From contig MQRK01188858.1 of the NCBI GenBank assembly GCA_001938485.1, forward strand, positions 75,177 to 139,176: 64,000 nt of DNA, in the 5' to 3' direction. The translations under genes were made by a program, and so were the position numbers. Below the pieces are notes generated by a model that searched no databases, was not told the origin of the DNA, and was given only the letters and a program-made list of their open reading frames with translations. Positions 40,200 to 52,263 of the stretch are shown here, piece by piece. Position 1 is the stretch's first letter, and the number at the start of each line of letters is the position of its first letter. Source of the stretch: Girardia tigrina (lineage: Eukaryota).

Positions 40200-40870
40200 A
40201 GTAATGAATATCAAATGGTAAAAAGTCAGAGATTGATGAAACAGAAGATTTATCAAGAGTCATAATGTAGATTTTGGAGCATCATAAAATGGTAAAGTTA
40301 TGGGATTCTAAAATGTTTGAATCAGTAATCGATGTTACATTTTAGATTAATATTAGATTGTCTATATAAATATAATGAAACATTAAATTGATGAATATTT
40401 TTACACCAGCTGACGAAGTCTATGGAAATATAATTTACAATTATCATAAAATTCAGAAACTAAAATGATTGAAGTTTATGTATTGGTGAAAATCATACAT
40501 GAGTAAATTAAGAATCAAGCTAAAAGAAGTACTTATAATTGAAACTAGTAATTCGTTCGAGCAAATTGATAATCAACGCCGAATAAAAACAGCTTTACAA
40601 TTATTCCCTCTTGAAATGATGTAAAACTATGGAAATATTTTTACTCTTTTCACATTTTACTTGTGGCAAAATGAAATAAATCTTTTCAAAGCAACTAGTG
40701 CTACGATTGCTTTAAATCTAATGCAATTATCAATACTATTGGAGAAATATGTGGATAAGTAAATACGTAAATGGTGGAAGAATGATATATAAAAATCGTT
40801 CCAAAAGCAATGATATTTTCCAATGGTAGCTGTTTGGGAATATGAGAAAAACATTCTAATAATAAAATCA
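40200..40870 (+). mobile_element. MULE transposase relic
   Basis: Fragments FESVIDVTFRL (DGTF-like), EVYVLVK, KTALQLFP and ..FH..LWQ-like motifs in broken frames. Confidence 0.45.
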
Positions 40871-43450
40871 GTTAAAAATGTATATATATATATATATTCA
40901 CTTTCGATTCGCGAACATTCCAGTAGACCGAATCCGCCCTTCTCAATAAAGAATTAACAAATATGAGTTGTGATTCGGTCCTCGTTAGGACCTTACATGT
41001 TGATTGTGAACTTGTAAAAACTGAACCGATATCTGCAAGTTATAAATACTTCGATAAATGGAAACAGAGATCAAAACAGGAGTTGATGAGGGTGGCTATC
41101 ACGCTCAATCTGCCACTCTGCGATCAGTAGATAATTTGGTTAACAAAATTATTCACGCTTCCAGTACCAAATATTTAAGATAAATTTGTTACTTTTACAT
41201 CCATTGATTTAGGATATGCATATTCTCAAGTGTAATTACCATAATAATCAAATCTTGAATAAGTCAAGAAAGTCATTTAGTCTCCAATTTCAGACCTGGT
41301 TGGAATACTTTTCCTCTCTTTATTTTGATTTCAGATACTGAAAAGGATTCAAGATTTTTCAAAAATTTGTCATCAGATTTTCAGTTTACATGGAGTGCAT
41401 TTTAAAATTTTATTTCGTTTTTATTTTATTTAATATATTTCTTTTATTTGCAAGTATATTTTTAAAAGCTACATTTTTATTCGGATTAAAAAGACTACAT
41501 TAAATTTAGTCCTATGAAATAATACCGGAATACATTTGCTAATAACTATAAATATGGGCACATTTAACTGATTTAGTTATGGTTACATCCTTAGAAATAT
41601 GTACAATAAGGCATCAAATCCTGATAACTTAATCTTCTCATAATTGAAAGGTACTCCACTTTAGGTGTATGTTTTTTTCTTTTATTAATATATTACGGTT
41701 GAATATTTTTCAATAATTACATCAGTAAAAATTTTAATGTTACGTAAGGAAAGTATTTACATTTTATTTTTTGATTATATTTATTAATTTTACATTATTA
41801 TAACTTTGTTAATTGATTTAGTAAAATTTATTTTTTGTTAATTAAAATAATGTTTTAACGCAAAAAATATTTTTAAGAGTAAATTTCTGCTTTTAAAATA
41901 CTCAAAATTGTTTATATTTTAGGATATAAGTTCTTTTTTGAAAATAAATTAAAATTTCCATATTTTATAAATAAATCTTTGTAGTTATTTATAAACAATC
42001 AGAATTGTGAGGAAAAAATATTCTGTGTTTGATACAGATTGTCATTTGGTTTCAAATGTTTAAAATGTGTTTTCTCTATTTGGACGATCTCTGATAATGT
42101 TAAGGATGAAACACATCGTGAATTTAAGTGATATAATAAATGGTTACTTAAAAGATGCTTCTTCGTTTTTCACTTCGTATACTGTGGTGTCCATTTATTA
42201 ACAACGAATCACAAATCTATAAAATTTATTTTTCACTAACAAATACTTTTTAAATAGATATTATTTAAACAAATAATTATCTATATTTTTTCATGTTAAA
42301 TATTTCATTTAAGAAATAAATTTAACATGTAACATATCAAAAATCCATTCGATAATAGAAAACCAGGATTTTTATGCTGATGTTTTTTGATTTTTGGAAT
42401 CTAATTGAAGGTAAATATTTTTTTTTGATATCTATTAATTTAAATATAATAATAATAATTTTTTTCAACATTTGTTAATTTAAATATAATAAATTTTAAG
42501 GAAAAATTGAAAGATATTCAATTTTCCATTCACTAATATTATGTATTCATTTGTTAATGAAAATGGATATTGAAATTATGGAAATAAACAATTTTAATAC
42601 ATTTTTTATTCATTTACTGTTTTCCCATTAAATTATTTAAATTATGATTCATATTTATAATTATAAGATTAATGAAATTTTTGAAATATTTTTTCAGTGT
42701 AGAACTTTTTTTAATTTGAAACAAAAATTCAATTTTTAAAAATATTTATTTATTTTTATTAATTTTTTAATAAAATTAATTTTATTTTTTACTTATGTAA
42801 TTATTAAAAGAAAATTTTTTTGAAAAAAATGTGATTTTTGTATTTTAAATTTGATTAATTAAAATATTTTGATTAAATACTTTGAATAATTGAAAAATTT
42901 ATGAAAAAACATACAAAATTTTTATATTGTTAAATGGACATTATATTAACAAATGGTCCTAATATTATGTGTGCATGTCTGTGTGTTAAGGGATAGGAAA
43001 TACTATTTCAAATATTTTCTATTCTCAAATGGACATTTGAGTATGTTTTTTTAAATTAACATTTTGATTGGTTTAATTTTATTTTTCTTTCATTTTTAAA
43101 CATGGATTTATTATCAAATGGATTCATGTTATAATTAAATGGACCTCACTGTATTTATTATACAGTCAAATTGTTAGTTACTTTTAAGATGATAGAATGT
43201 CTACCGAAATATATTGCAAAAATAAATTTTACTTTAGTGAACGTTGTTATAGAATTTCAAACAAAAGTATTTAAAATATTGTTATTCTTTACACTTTTTT
43301 TGCACGAAACATGATAAAACATAATAGAAAATGTGTCAAATGTATCATAAATAAACCGACACCAAGGATTCTAACTCGCACAAACAAACACAAATTTATT
43401 AGGAATTAAAATAAATTATCTCGTATCCATAGCACCCACTCGTATCTCAT

Positions 43451-43963
43451 TTATTTGTATTTCTCCACCGACTTGACGCCCGGTCGATTATCATCTGTGT
43501 CCTGGGGAAACACGGCTGCCTTCGTGAACTGATAGAAATAATACGCCTCGTGACCTTTCACTATTTCTGGCTCCAATTGCGTCGTGTAGAAGTGGAATAT
43601 GTTCCCATCGGTGTTCGCAAGCTCGGGGAACTCGTGTTTATTGTTCGGTTCTCGGCACAAGAACTCCTTATCTTTTGGCTTCTTCATTACGCATTTGCAT
43701 GAACAGTGATCGCAACAGAATTGTTTCATGCAATTCTTGTCGCATTTGGCACTCGCGTTCTCTTGATTGTCACAACCGAAGTTATCGATACAAATTGTGC
43801 ATATATCTTTGTTTTCTGTCACGTTCAATCGGGGTATCGTTTTTTTATCTCCGAATTCCTTTGCAAAAACGAAATTGCAAATTTTATCTTGAAGAATCGG
43901 CTTAAACAAGAGACATGATTGTAAAATAATATATTAACAAATGAATCAATTCAAACAAACCAT
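43451..43963 (-). CDS. Small Cys-rich RING-like protein, possibly a truncated Deltex-family E3 ligase; exon 1 is ATG only (43961-43963), 60-nt intron, exon 2 is 43900-43451
   Basis: ATG|gtttgt...tttaag|CCG gives an in-frame splice. CTIC-x15-C...FCCDHC...LC spacing is RING-like, followed by a segment loosely resembling the start of the Deltex C-terminal domain. Confidence 0.5.
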
Positions 43964-44801
43964 TTGTTTATTTAGCGACTCAAGGAATTATTTGAAGCGA
44001 TAAAACAAATGGAAATGTTTAATTAAAAAAAACGAATTATGTTGTTTTATTATAAATTTTATCTACATTTTGTTTTTACTCACTTCGTCACTGTTTTTTT
44101 ATTTGCACATTTTCTATAAATATTTTGTATAATTTTTCACTAAATTCTGCATGAATTATTTAAAACATTTAAAATACAAACTAATTATTAGTCTTTTTTC
44201 GCTAAAGAAAACGATTTTTTAGATAATTCTACTTTATGATTATAGTTGCGCATGTCGCAATGCATCATTCTATTGGCAACCCGTTCGTGGTAGATTGAAT
44301 CGGTCGTTAGTGATAGCGGAATTCAGTCGTGCATTGGTTTCAACGGACAAAACTCAGAAGAAATCGAGATACATGCAAGAGCGAAACACCATTTTTGACA
44401 TTCAAATTTTTTATTTTATTTTTTTTTGTTTATCACTAATATGGAAAGAATTCATGAAAAAATTATGATAAGTTTAATTTTCCTGTTCTTTCAAAATAAA
44501 AAGTCTCTGTAAAGATTTTATCCTGATTTTATTTGTTTGGAATGTTCGAATACCTCTACTTCTCGTCACAAGTAACAATTCTGCTGATAATATTGTCATT
44601 AAACAGACTTTCCAACTATTTTCAACATGTTTCTACATATTATTGAGCATGAATTTCATTTATAACATTCAATTAACATTCAAAGAACGTTTTGCCCATT
44701 CCAATATTTTTCAAAGTTCATCAATCGACACATCAGATAAAAGGAAATTTTGTACAATAAATTAGTCTCTAGTGAAATGATGACGTCCATCAGTCATAAC
44801 A

Positions 44802-46045
44802 TTAGGTCTAGTAATAATTAATGTCGTTTATTTCATCTTCACATAAATGCATGAATATAACCTATAAACCTGCGGTAAATACTAAAAGTGTGGTATATCC
44901 AAAATTGTAAAACTTAATTAACAAAGTTTGTTGAAAAATTTTTGTATTGTAATTGTTGATTTTTTTTCAAAGTAGGTGGTAAAGTATGTTAGATGAAGAG
45001 CATATAAGACATTGTTGCTTTCCGAATTCCACTTGGGAAGAAAAGCACATGAGGCCACTAAAAACATATGCAGTGCTAGGGGTCAAGATACAGTTTGTGT
45101 CAGAAAATGCCAGCGTTGATTTAAGAAATTTCGCGATGGAAATTTTTCGCTGAATGACGAGAATGATCGAGGCCGTGTGTCTGATTTTGGACCAGGAAGC
45201 ACTTGAGGCTCTTGTGGTTACAAATCCTAAAATTACACAATAAGAGCTTGTGACAGCTTTAAACTGTTAGCAAAAACTATTCTCAATCAATTGCTGTCAC
45301 CTTGTAAGGTTCACAAGTTTGAAAAGTAGGTCCACATGAGTTAACCGAAAACAGTTCGCTCCTCTCTCGTCAAGACCGATTGCCGTTTTTAGAGCAAATT
45401 GTTACCGGAAATGAAAAATGGGTGCTTCATGTTAATTGGTAGAGACGACCACAATAGTTGAACAAAAGCGAAGAGTCAAAACCCACTCCAAAGCCTGACT
45501 TGCATGCGAAAAAGAGGATGTCGAGTGTTTGGTGGAATTTTAAAGGTATTCTTCATTTTGAACTCTTACCAAACCATAACAAGTGGAGTGTATAGTGCAC
45601 AATTAGAAAGGTTAGACCAAGCTTTGAGAAAAAAGGAACCCGCGCTGATTAATCGAAACGGGCGTATTTCTTCATCATGATAATGCACGACCACATACTG
45701 CAAGATTCACCGCGGATAAAATACGCCAGTTGGGATGGGAGGTTTTACCACAACTTGCATATTCTCCAGATATTGCACCATCCGATTATCATTTGTTTCT
45801 TTCATTGCAAAATTTTCCTAGTGGAAAAGATTTCATAGATGATTGGTGCCTCAAAAACACCTTGATCGAATTTTGGAATCTAAATCACATGAATTTTACA
45901 ACAGAGGTATTAAGAGGTACCCTGAACGTTGGGTACAAGTAGTTAAAAACAACAATGACTATATTGTTGATATAATTCTTTTGTTTGTTTAAATAAATTT
46001 GTTTCAAAATTTTTTTAAAACGACATTAATTATTACTAGACCTAA
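44802..46045 (+). mobile_element. Full-length inactive mariner (DD34D) element, about 1.24 kb
   Basis: TIR ttaggtctagtaataattaatgtcgttt at both ends with TA on the right. Transposase motifs IVTGNEKWV, HHDNARPH and YSPDIAPSDYHLF, with stops and frameshifts. Confidence 0.95.
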
Positions 46046-46186
46046 TATATTAAATATTTTTTTTCAAAACAATTATATCTAATGATATTTTTTAATAAAA
46101 TTATTATTCTGCTTTTAATGTCTTTTATATAAAAATATACTTTGTACATATAAGAATTTTCCATAATAAAAATCAAAAATAATAAA

Positions 46187-46463
46187 TAAAAAGTTTTAAA
46201 AACCACGTTTTCATATGGACTAAAAAGAGGAAAATAATTTTTTTCTAGACATGTGAGAAATTTTATACCTAACCAAAAACGTGGGGCGCATTTCTGAATT
46301 ACTGCTATTAGTAACTGCTTTTTCCTCTTTACTGCTTTTTAGTAACAATCGATTATTTCTATGCCCCACGTTTTTGGTTAGGTATAAAATTTCTCACATG
46401 TCTAGAAAAAATTATTTTCCTCTTTTTAGTCTATATGAAAACGTGGTTTTTAAAACTTTTTTA
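46187..46463. repeat. Near-perfect inverted repeat, about 100-bp arms and 75-bp spacer
   Basis: 46187-46287 reverse-complements 46363-46463 with very few mismatches. Confidence 0.9.
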
Positions 46464-46809
46464 TATATTATTATTTTCTTATTTTTTAGTAGTATTATTA
46501 TACTACTTAGTATTATTATACTACTTATTATTATAAGTAGTATACCAAGATTTAATTTTATAATTTATAAATTTTTTATATTTTAATTTAGTNNNNNNNN
46601 NNNNNNNNNNNNNNNNNNNNNNNNNNNNNNNNNNNNNNNNNNNNNNNNNNNNNNNNNNNNNNNNNNNNNNNNNNNNNNNNNNNNNNNNNNNNNNNNNNTT
46701 CAGAACGATCGGATGAGTGGAAGTGGTCTAAAAAAGCGTGTGAAAAGTGAAACATCACAAACAAACAGAAAGACAGACAGAACCCAAAGCAAGTTAAGTA
46801 AAACGTGGT

Positions 46810-47139
46810 AAAAAATAGATAATGTTTATTTTTATGACACAATCAAATAATTCGCGTCTAAAATTAATTACACTGATTGATTTAAACAATCTCAGGAGTT
46901 TTTATATATTCAGGATCCTTTGATATAANNNNNNNNNNNNNNNNNNNNNNNNNNNNNNNNNNNNNNNNNNNNNNNNNNATGACACAATCAAATAATTCGC
47001 GTCTAAAATTAATTACACTGATTGATTTAAACAATCTCAGGAGTTTTTATATATTCAGGATCCTTTGATATAATATGATATTGCTATAAATAATTATTTA
47101 TTTTAATTTATAAATATATAGTTATTAATTATTCTCACA
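46810..47139 (-). repeat. 3' LTR of the Gypsy element (interrupted by a gap; about 94 bp duplicated across the gap)
   Basis: Starts TGTGAGAAT right after the PPT. The match to the 5' LTR stops at aaaaaatagat, about 46810. Confidence 0.85.
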
Positions 47140-48416
47140 CCCCCTGCTTTAAAAGACTTTAGCCATTCTATATTTCTATAGATTACTCGCCCGGTTTTAT
47201 TTTTCAGTTCGAAGCTTCTATCATATATTCTGCGACTAATTTGTAATGGTCCTTCATATCTATCAGATCCTTTCTGACGATTTTCAACTTTAACTAACAC
47301 TAAATCTCCTTCCTTAAATTCACGTTTCTGTGCTTCCACTGGTAATGCGTTTGACTCAAGCATTTTAACTTGTTCAATAATTTTCCTGTTATTCAATTCA
47401 TAGTGACGTGATCCATCTAATGTTATACGCTTCCCGATAATAACTTCGGCCGGACTAAACCCAGTTGAACTTTGTCTTGAAGCGTTTATGCTAAATTCAA
47501 TCTCTGGTAAAATATCTACCCAATTATTTCTTCCTTCAACCTTTAATGATGCATTCAAGAAATCCCGGATGGTGCGGAATTGGCGCTCTATCATGCCATT
47601 TGTATTGTGATAGTAAGGACTTGAATATTGTATATCAATTAACATGGATTTTGTAAATTCAAGAAACGAGCGCGACTCGAAAACCTTTCCTCGGTCCACA
47701 TGAATGCAAACCGGAGCTCTGAACCTAAATATCCATTGTCGTAATATTGTCTGTATTGTTGTGGTCTCATCTTGATTACTGACAGCCGTTAAACTAATAT
47801 ATCTACTAAATCTATCTATGATTCCTAAGATATATTTCTTTCCTTTTATTATCGGCATCGGTCCGCAAAAATCAATATAAATGTCATCAAACGGTCTTTT
47901 CAATGTAAGAGTCTTTGTTTCTTCTTTAGTTATTCCTGTGTAAGTTTTCGCTGTCTGACAAGCAATGCAGCTTTCTATTTCTATTTTAACTTGTTCCATG
48001 AAATCTTCCATATCATATTCATTTCGCATAAATGAATACGTTTTTATATATCCCGCATGACATAAGTATCTATGGAAAAAGATTATACAAGCATGTCGTT
48101 CATTTTTTGGAATCCAAATCTTGTCATTTAGGGTTCTGACACATCCTTTGGATAATTTGAATGTTTGACAAGTATTGTTCTTTATTTGTTCAATAATTTC
48201 CATAATTTCCGTGCTCTTCTGTTGCCATGGTATGGGAGATCTCTCTTCATCTATTGCTAACATTCTCACTTTCTGTTTTGATAATTTTGGCTGCTCGTGT
48301 TGAATCATACACTGTGAACATACTGTACATTCATTCCGAGACAACGCATCTGCATTTTGATGTATTCCTCCTTTTCTATATTCTAATTTCATATCTAGAC
48401 TGCTTAAATAATTCAT
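47103..48416 (-). CDS. pol: Gypsy integrase region (open frame)
   Basis: H-H-C-C zinc finger, IDFCGP, VDRGKVF, NGMIER and RYEGP (GPY/F) motifs. Confidence 0.95.
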   Translation of the reverse strand: MNYLSSLDMKLEYRKGGIHQNADALSRNECTVCSQCMIQHEQPKLSKQKVRMLAIDEERSPIPWQQKSTEIMEIIEQIKNNTCQTFKLSKGCVRTLNDKIWIPKNERHACIIFFHRYLCHAGYIKTYSFMRNEYDMEDFMEQVKIEIESCIACQTAKTYTGITKEETKTLTLKRPFDDIYIDFCGPMPIIKGKKYILGIIDRFSRYISLTAVSNQDETTTIQTILRQWIFRFRAPVCIHVDRGKVFESRSFLEFTKSMLIDIQYSSPYYHNTNGMIERQFRTIRDFLNASLKVEGRNNWVDILPEIEFSINASRQSSTGFSPAEVIIGKRITLDGSRHYELNNRKIIEQVKMLESNALPVEAQKREFKEGDLVLVKVENRQKGSDRYEGPLQISRRIYDRSFELKNKTGRVIYRNIEWLKSFKAGGVRIINNYIFIN

Positions 48417-48419
48417 CCA

Positions 48420-50208
48420 GTTTTGAAATTATGGAGTAATTGCTTTTCTTGTTGTCATCATAAAAACAATTGCCTTGTGATCCGTTCTCAGTTTAAAATG
48501 TGCAACGTAAAGATAATGTTTAAAATATTGAGTAAAATGAAATATTGCTAACAATTCTTTCCTTGTTATACAATAACCTATTTCATGTTTCGACATCGAC
48601 CTTGATCCATACGCGATGACTCGCTCTTCACCTTTGTCATCTAACTGAGACAGAACCGCACCAATTGTATCGAAAGATGCATCTGTATCTAAAATAAACT
48701 TCTTTTTAAAATTTGGATAGCATAATACAGGGCAGTTGTCATGGCTGTTTTTAACTTTTTAAAAGCCTCTGAATCAGATACCTTCCAATAAAGTCTATTT
48801 TTAGAACTTCCACACATTGCTTCCAACGGTTTTGCTAGTTTTGAATAATCTACAATGAACTTCCTATAATAATTACACAGTCCTAAAAAATTGCGCAATT
48901 TTTTAACACATTTTGGTTGTTCAAAATCTACTATTGTCTGGATTTTCTCAGGATCCGTTTTGATTTCTTCTCTATTTACAATATGTCCAAGAAAACGCAT
49001 CTCCTTCTGGAAAAATTAACATTTTTCTGGGTTAATTCTTAGGCCTACTGATTGAATTCTCGAAAATAACCGGTCCAATCTTTTTAAATGCTCGTCTTCT
49101 GTTTCTGAAAAAAATCAACACGTCATCGAGATATACCACTGCCTCTTTCCATAGCATATCCTTCAATATTTTATTCATTAATTTTTGGAAAGTAGGCAGT
49201 GCTGCTGCTATGCCGAATGGCATTCTTGTAAAACAAAATTGTCCGGTCCTTGTAGAAAAAGCCGTTTTCATCTTTGAAGATTTTTCCAACTCCACCTGGA
49301 AATATGCATTACCCAGATCTATGGAACTAAACCACTTCCATTCCAATTAAAGAATCCAACATCTCATCAACATTTGGAATAGGGAAAGCTGGTCTTTCAG
49401 TTACTTGATTTAGGAGCCGAAAATCTAAACACAAACGGATTTCCTTTTTCTCCTTTTTCCACATACAAACCATTGGTGTGTTCCAAGGGGAAGAACATTT
49501 TTCTATTATTCCATGTCTTTCTAAATTAAATATTGCTTTCTCGATGTGATGTTCCAAATGTGCTGGCTGTCTACGAGGCTTCTGTAAAATTGGCTCACTA
49601 AATGTTTTTATTTCATGTCTGGTTAATGTAGTTTTCCCGATATCCCATTTTCCAGCCATAAAAATGTTCTTGTACTTATCTATACATCTATATAAATTTG
49701 TACCATTACGTAGATTTAATGTTTCTTTGGCTTTCAAAAATCTGTCTTTGTCTGTATATATAAGTTTATCGATATATGGATCTAAAGCATATATTTCCGC
49801 ACACACTATATCAGGTGTAAATGATTCTTGTTTTATATTTTTGGCATCAAATCACCACCTTAAATCGAGACCTAAAGATCAAATTAATTCAATTCCGAAG
49901 ATTATAGATGGAAAAACTGTTTTCGCAATATAAAAGACTGGATATAGTGTTAAATTTTAAAATTTTACCTTTTTACATGTACCACTCATCTCCATCCCAC
50001 AGCCATTTGCACATACTACTGATGTTACAGTGTGCTTACTCATCGGTACTTGTAATTGTTTAATAGTATTTTCATCTATTACATTAATAGGGGCCCCGGT
50101 GTACAATAAACAATTCATTTTGATACACCCTATAACTGTCAACATACTCGGTCTTCCATTAAAAATCTCATTGTCTATTTTACCTTCTGCATCCATAACA
50201 AAATCCAT
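48420..50208 (-). pseudogene. pol: Gypsy protease, reverse transcriptase and RNase H (frameshifted)
   Basis: LLYTGA (decayed DTGA), SPWNTP, RLCLDFRLLN, MPFG, YLDD, FLGH, DTDASFDTIGAVLSQ. Confidence 0.95.
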
Positions 50209-50591
50209 TGTCTCCTCAATATAATATTCATTCTGTGTTCTATTACCTATATACTCTTTTGAATTTATTATATTATGACTACTATTTACACTACAAATAT
50301 TATTTTGATAATTAATATTATTATTAACATTACTATTATTATAAATATGATTATTAAAATTATTATTACTACATTTACAATTATATATATTACAAAAATA
50401 AGGATCCTGAATATTATTACCTTTTAATGTATGGCCCCAATCATCTCCTGACCTGACGGAGCCTCGAAGTTTGACACCTTCTCTTCATCATATCCCGTCG
50501 ATCGTGTTTCATCAGTTTCGTCAATTCCGGCCATTGGATGTCGATATTGATTTTCTCGTCGGTTATACTGGATCTTGTTTTGGTGACTGGG

Positions 50592-51490
50592 TTATCTTTT
50601 TTCGTCTTTCTTGAAGCATTGATATCCGAGGTGACCTTGAGCTCCACACACTGAACATTTTAAATATGGACACTCACTTCTAACGTGTCCAGACCCTCTA
50701 CATCCAAAACAACTTTTCGAATTTTCCGGACATGTACGACAAATATGTCCCAACTTTTTGCATCCATAACACATCACATTTGAATAATCCATGTTTCCTG
50801 TTTGTTGTCTCGAATATCCCGTCATTGTCCGTCTGTTATAGTCAATGGTTTGAATATTTCTTCGTTGATGTTGTTGTTGAAAATTATTTGTGAATGCCGT
50901 TCGTTCTTTCAATGTATCGGCATATGTTTTTCGTCTGTAGATATTGGCNACTTCAACTGCTTGGATTTCTGTTTTAATAATATCCATCTTCTCTATAACT
51001 GCTTTGATTGAATCTTGAGATTTAGCTTCTTGAAGATAAATTTGAGTTTTGACACTGACATCTTCTATACAGTGAGTTAAAAATTTGCCATTAGCTCCGG
51101 TTTATTCCATTTGTGGCATAAAACTTTATCTACCATCTTCTCAATTTTGTTGACATATGAATTTGCTGTTTCGGTTCCTTTTCAGTAATTCATGAGCTTC
51201 TGCAAATCTTGAATTAATGATGTTGGACGTTTGAATGCCTTCCGTAACCGATCCGCGAAATTCATGAATTTCTCATCTACTGCTTCATAAGTAGATATTA
51301 AATCTTTATTGATGAATGCTTTGACGAATAACGATTGAATTCCTTCCTGAATTTGCGAAACTTGAAAGAACCTGTTGCAGTCGGCAATGAACTGCTCCAA
51401 ATCATTGTGTCCATCGAATATTGTTGGCGCCAAATTGTTGATAACATTTGGCATGGTCGCCATATAAGAATTTTCCATAATAAAAGTCAA
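50592..51490 (-). pseudogene. gag: Gypsy gag with three CCHC zinc knuckles (interrupted)
   Basis: PTIFDGHNDLEQFI N-terminus; CYGCKKLGHICRTC, CFGCRGSGHVRSEC, CSVCGAQGHLGYQC. Confidence 0.9.
51452..51462 (-). promoter_or_regulatory. Primer-binding site (probably tRNA-Arg)
   Basis: TGGCGACCATG immediately inside the 5' LTR. The tRNA identity is inferred from typical tRNA-Arg 3' ends. Confidence 0.7.
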
Positions 51491-51676
51491 AAAAATAGAT
51501 AATGTTTATTTTTATGACACAATCAAATAATTCGCGTCTAAAATTAATTACACTGATTGATTTAAACAATCTCAGGAGTTTTTATATATTCAGGATCCTT
51601 TGATATAATATGATATTGCTATAAATAATTATATGTATTTTAATTTATAAATATATAGTTATTAATTATTCTCACA
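51464..51676 (-). repeat. 5' LTR of the Gypsy element
   Basis: Nearly identical to 46810-47139 over the shared length; followed by the PBS. Confidence 0.9.
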
Positions 51677-52123
51677 GTACAAAAAATAAATTTGTTTTTT
51701 ATTACAAATAAAATTATATTTTAATATAGAAAACTTAATTTTCTTACCAAGTTTAAACAAATATATCAATTTATTTAAAATTATTTTTTGAAATTAATTG
51801 AGTATAATATTTTAGTAAAATATTGTAGAAAACTAAAATTTAATATAAGTGCACTTATACAACTGCTGTAAGAGAAATCAAGTTTGATTTATTTTTTTCT
51901 AAATTTACAAATAATTATTTCTTAATTATTTAACGAAAAACAGTTATTTATATTATAAAAAAATAATCCTTCCCCTAATTATTTACTTTTTGTAAGTTAT
52001 TAAGTTTTATTTATTTAATTTCACTTATTTACGATTTATCGTAGTTTGACATCAATCAAGTTTGCTGTTACTTCAGCATATCTTAGAAAAAAGATGAAAC
52101 TTTTAAAAACGATTAATAAGTTC

Positions 52124-52263
52124 AACTATTCATTACAATGCAGTTGAAATGATACTAGACATGTTGGGTTCGTTATCAATAATTGAATTTATAAACTATT
52201 CATTACAATGCAGTTGAAATGATACTAGACATGTTGGGTTCGTTATCAATAATTGAATTTATA
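52124..52263. repeat. Perfect 70-bp tandem duplication
   Basis: aactattcattacaatgcag...aattgaatttata is repeated twice exactly. Confidence 0.95.

Larger units (their letters stand above)
46810..51676 (-). mobile_element. Ty3/Gypsy LTR retrotransposon, near full length, frameshifted
   Basis: 5' LTR about 51464-51676 (starts TGTGAGAAT), PBS TGGCGACCATG, gag-PR-RT-RNaseH-IN order, PPT aaagcaggggg, 3' LTR from 47139. Confidence 0.97.

Noticed and set aside
43910-43963. In-frame TGA/TAA upstream of the Cys-rich ORF suggesting stop-codon reassignment
   Set aside because: Fully explained by a 60-nt GT-AG intron. Par-3 exons use the standard code.
46835-47072. Apparent tandem third LTR copy
   Set aside because: Identical sequence on both sides of a small gap is most simply an unmerged contig overlap.
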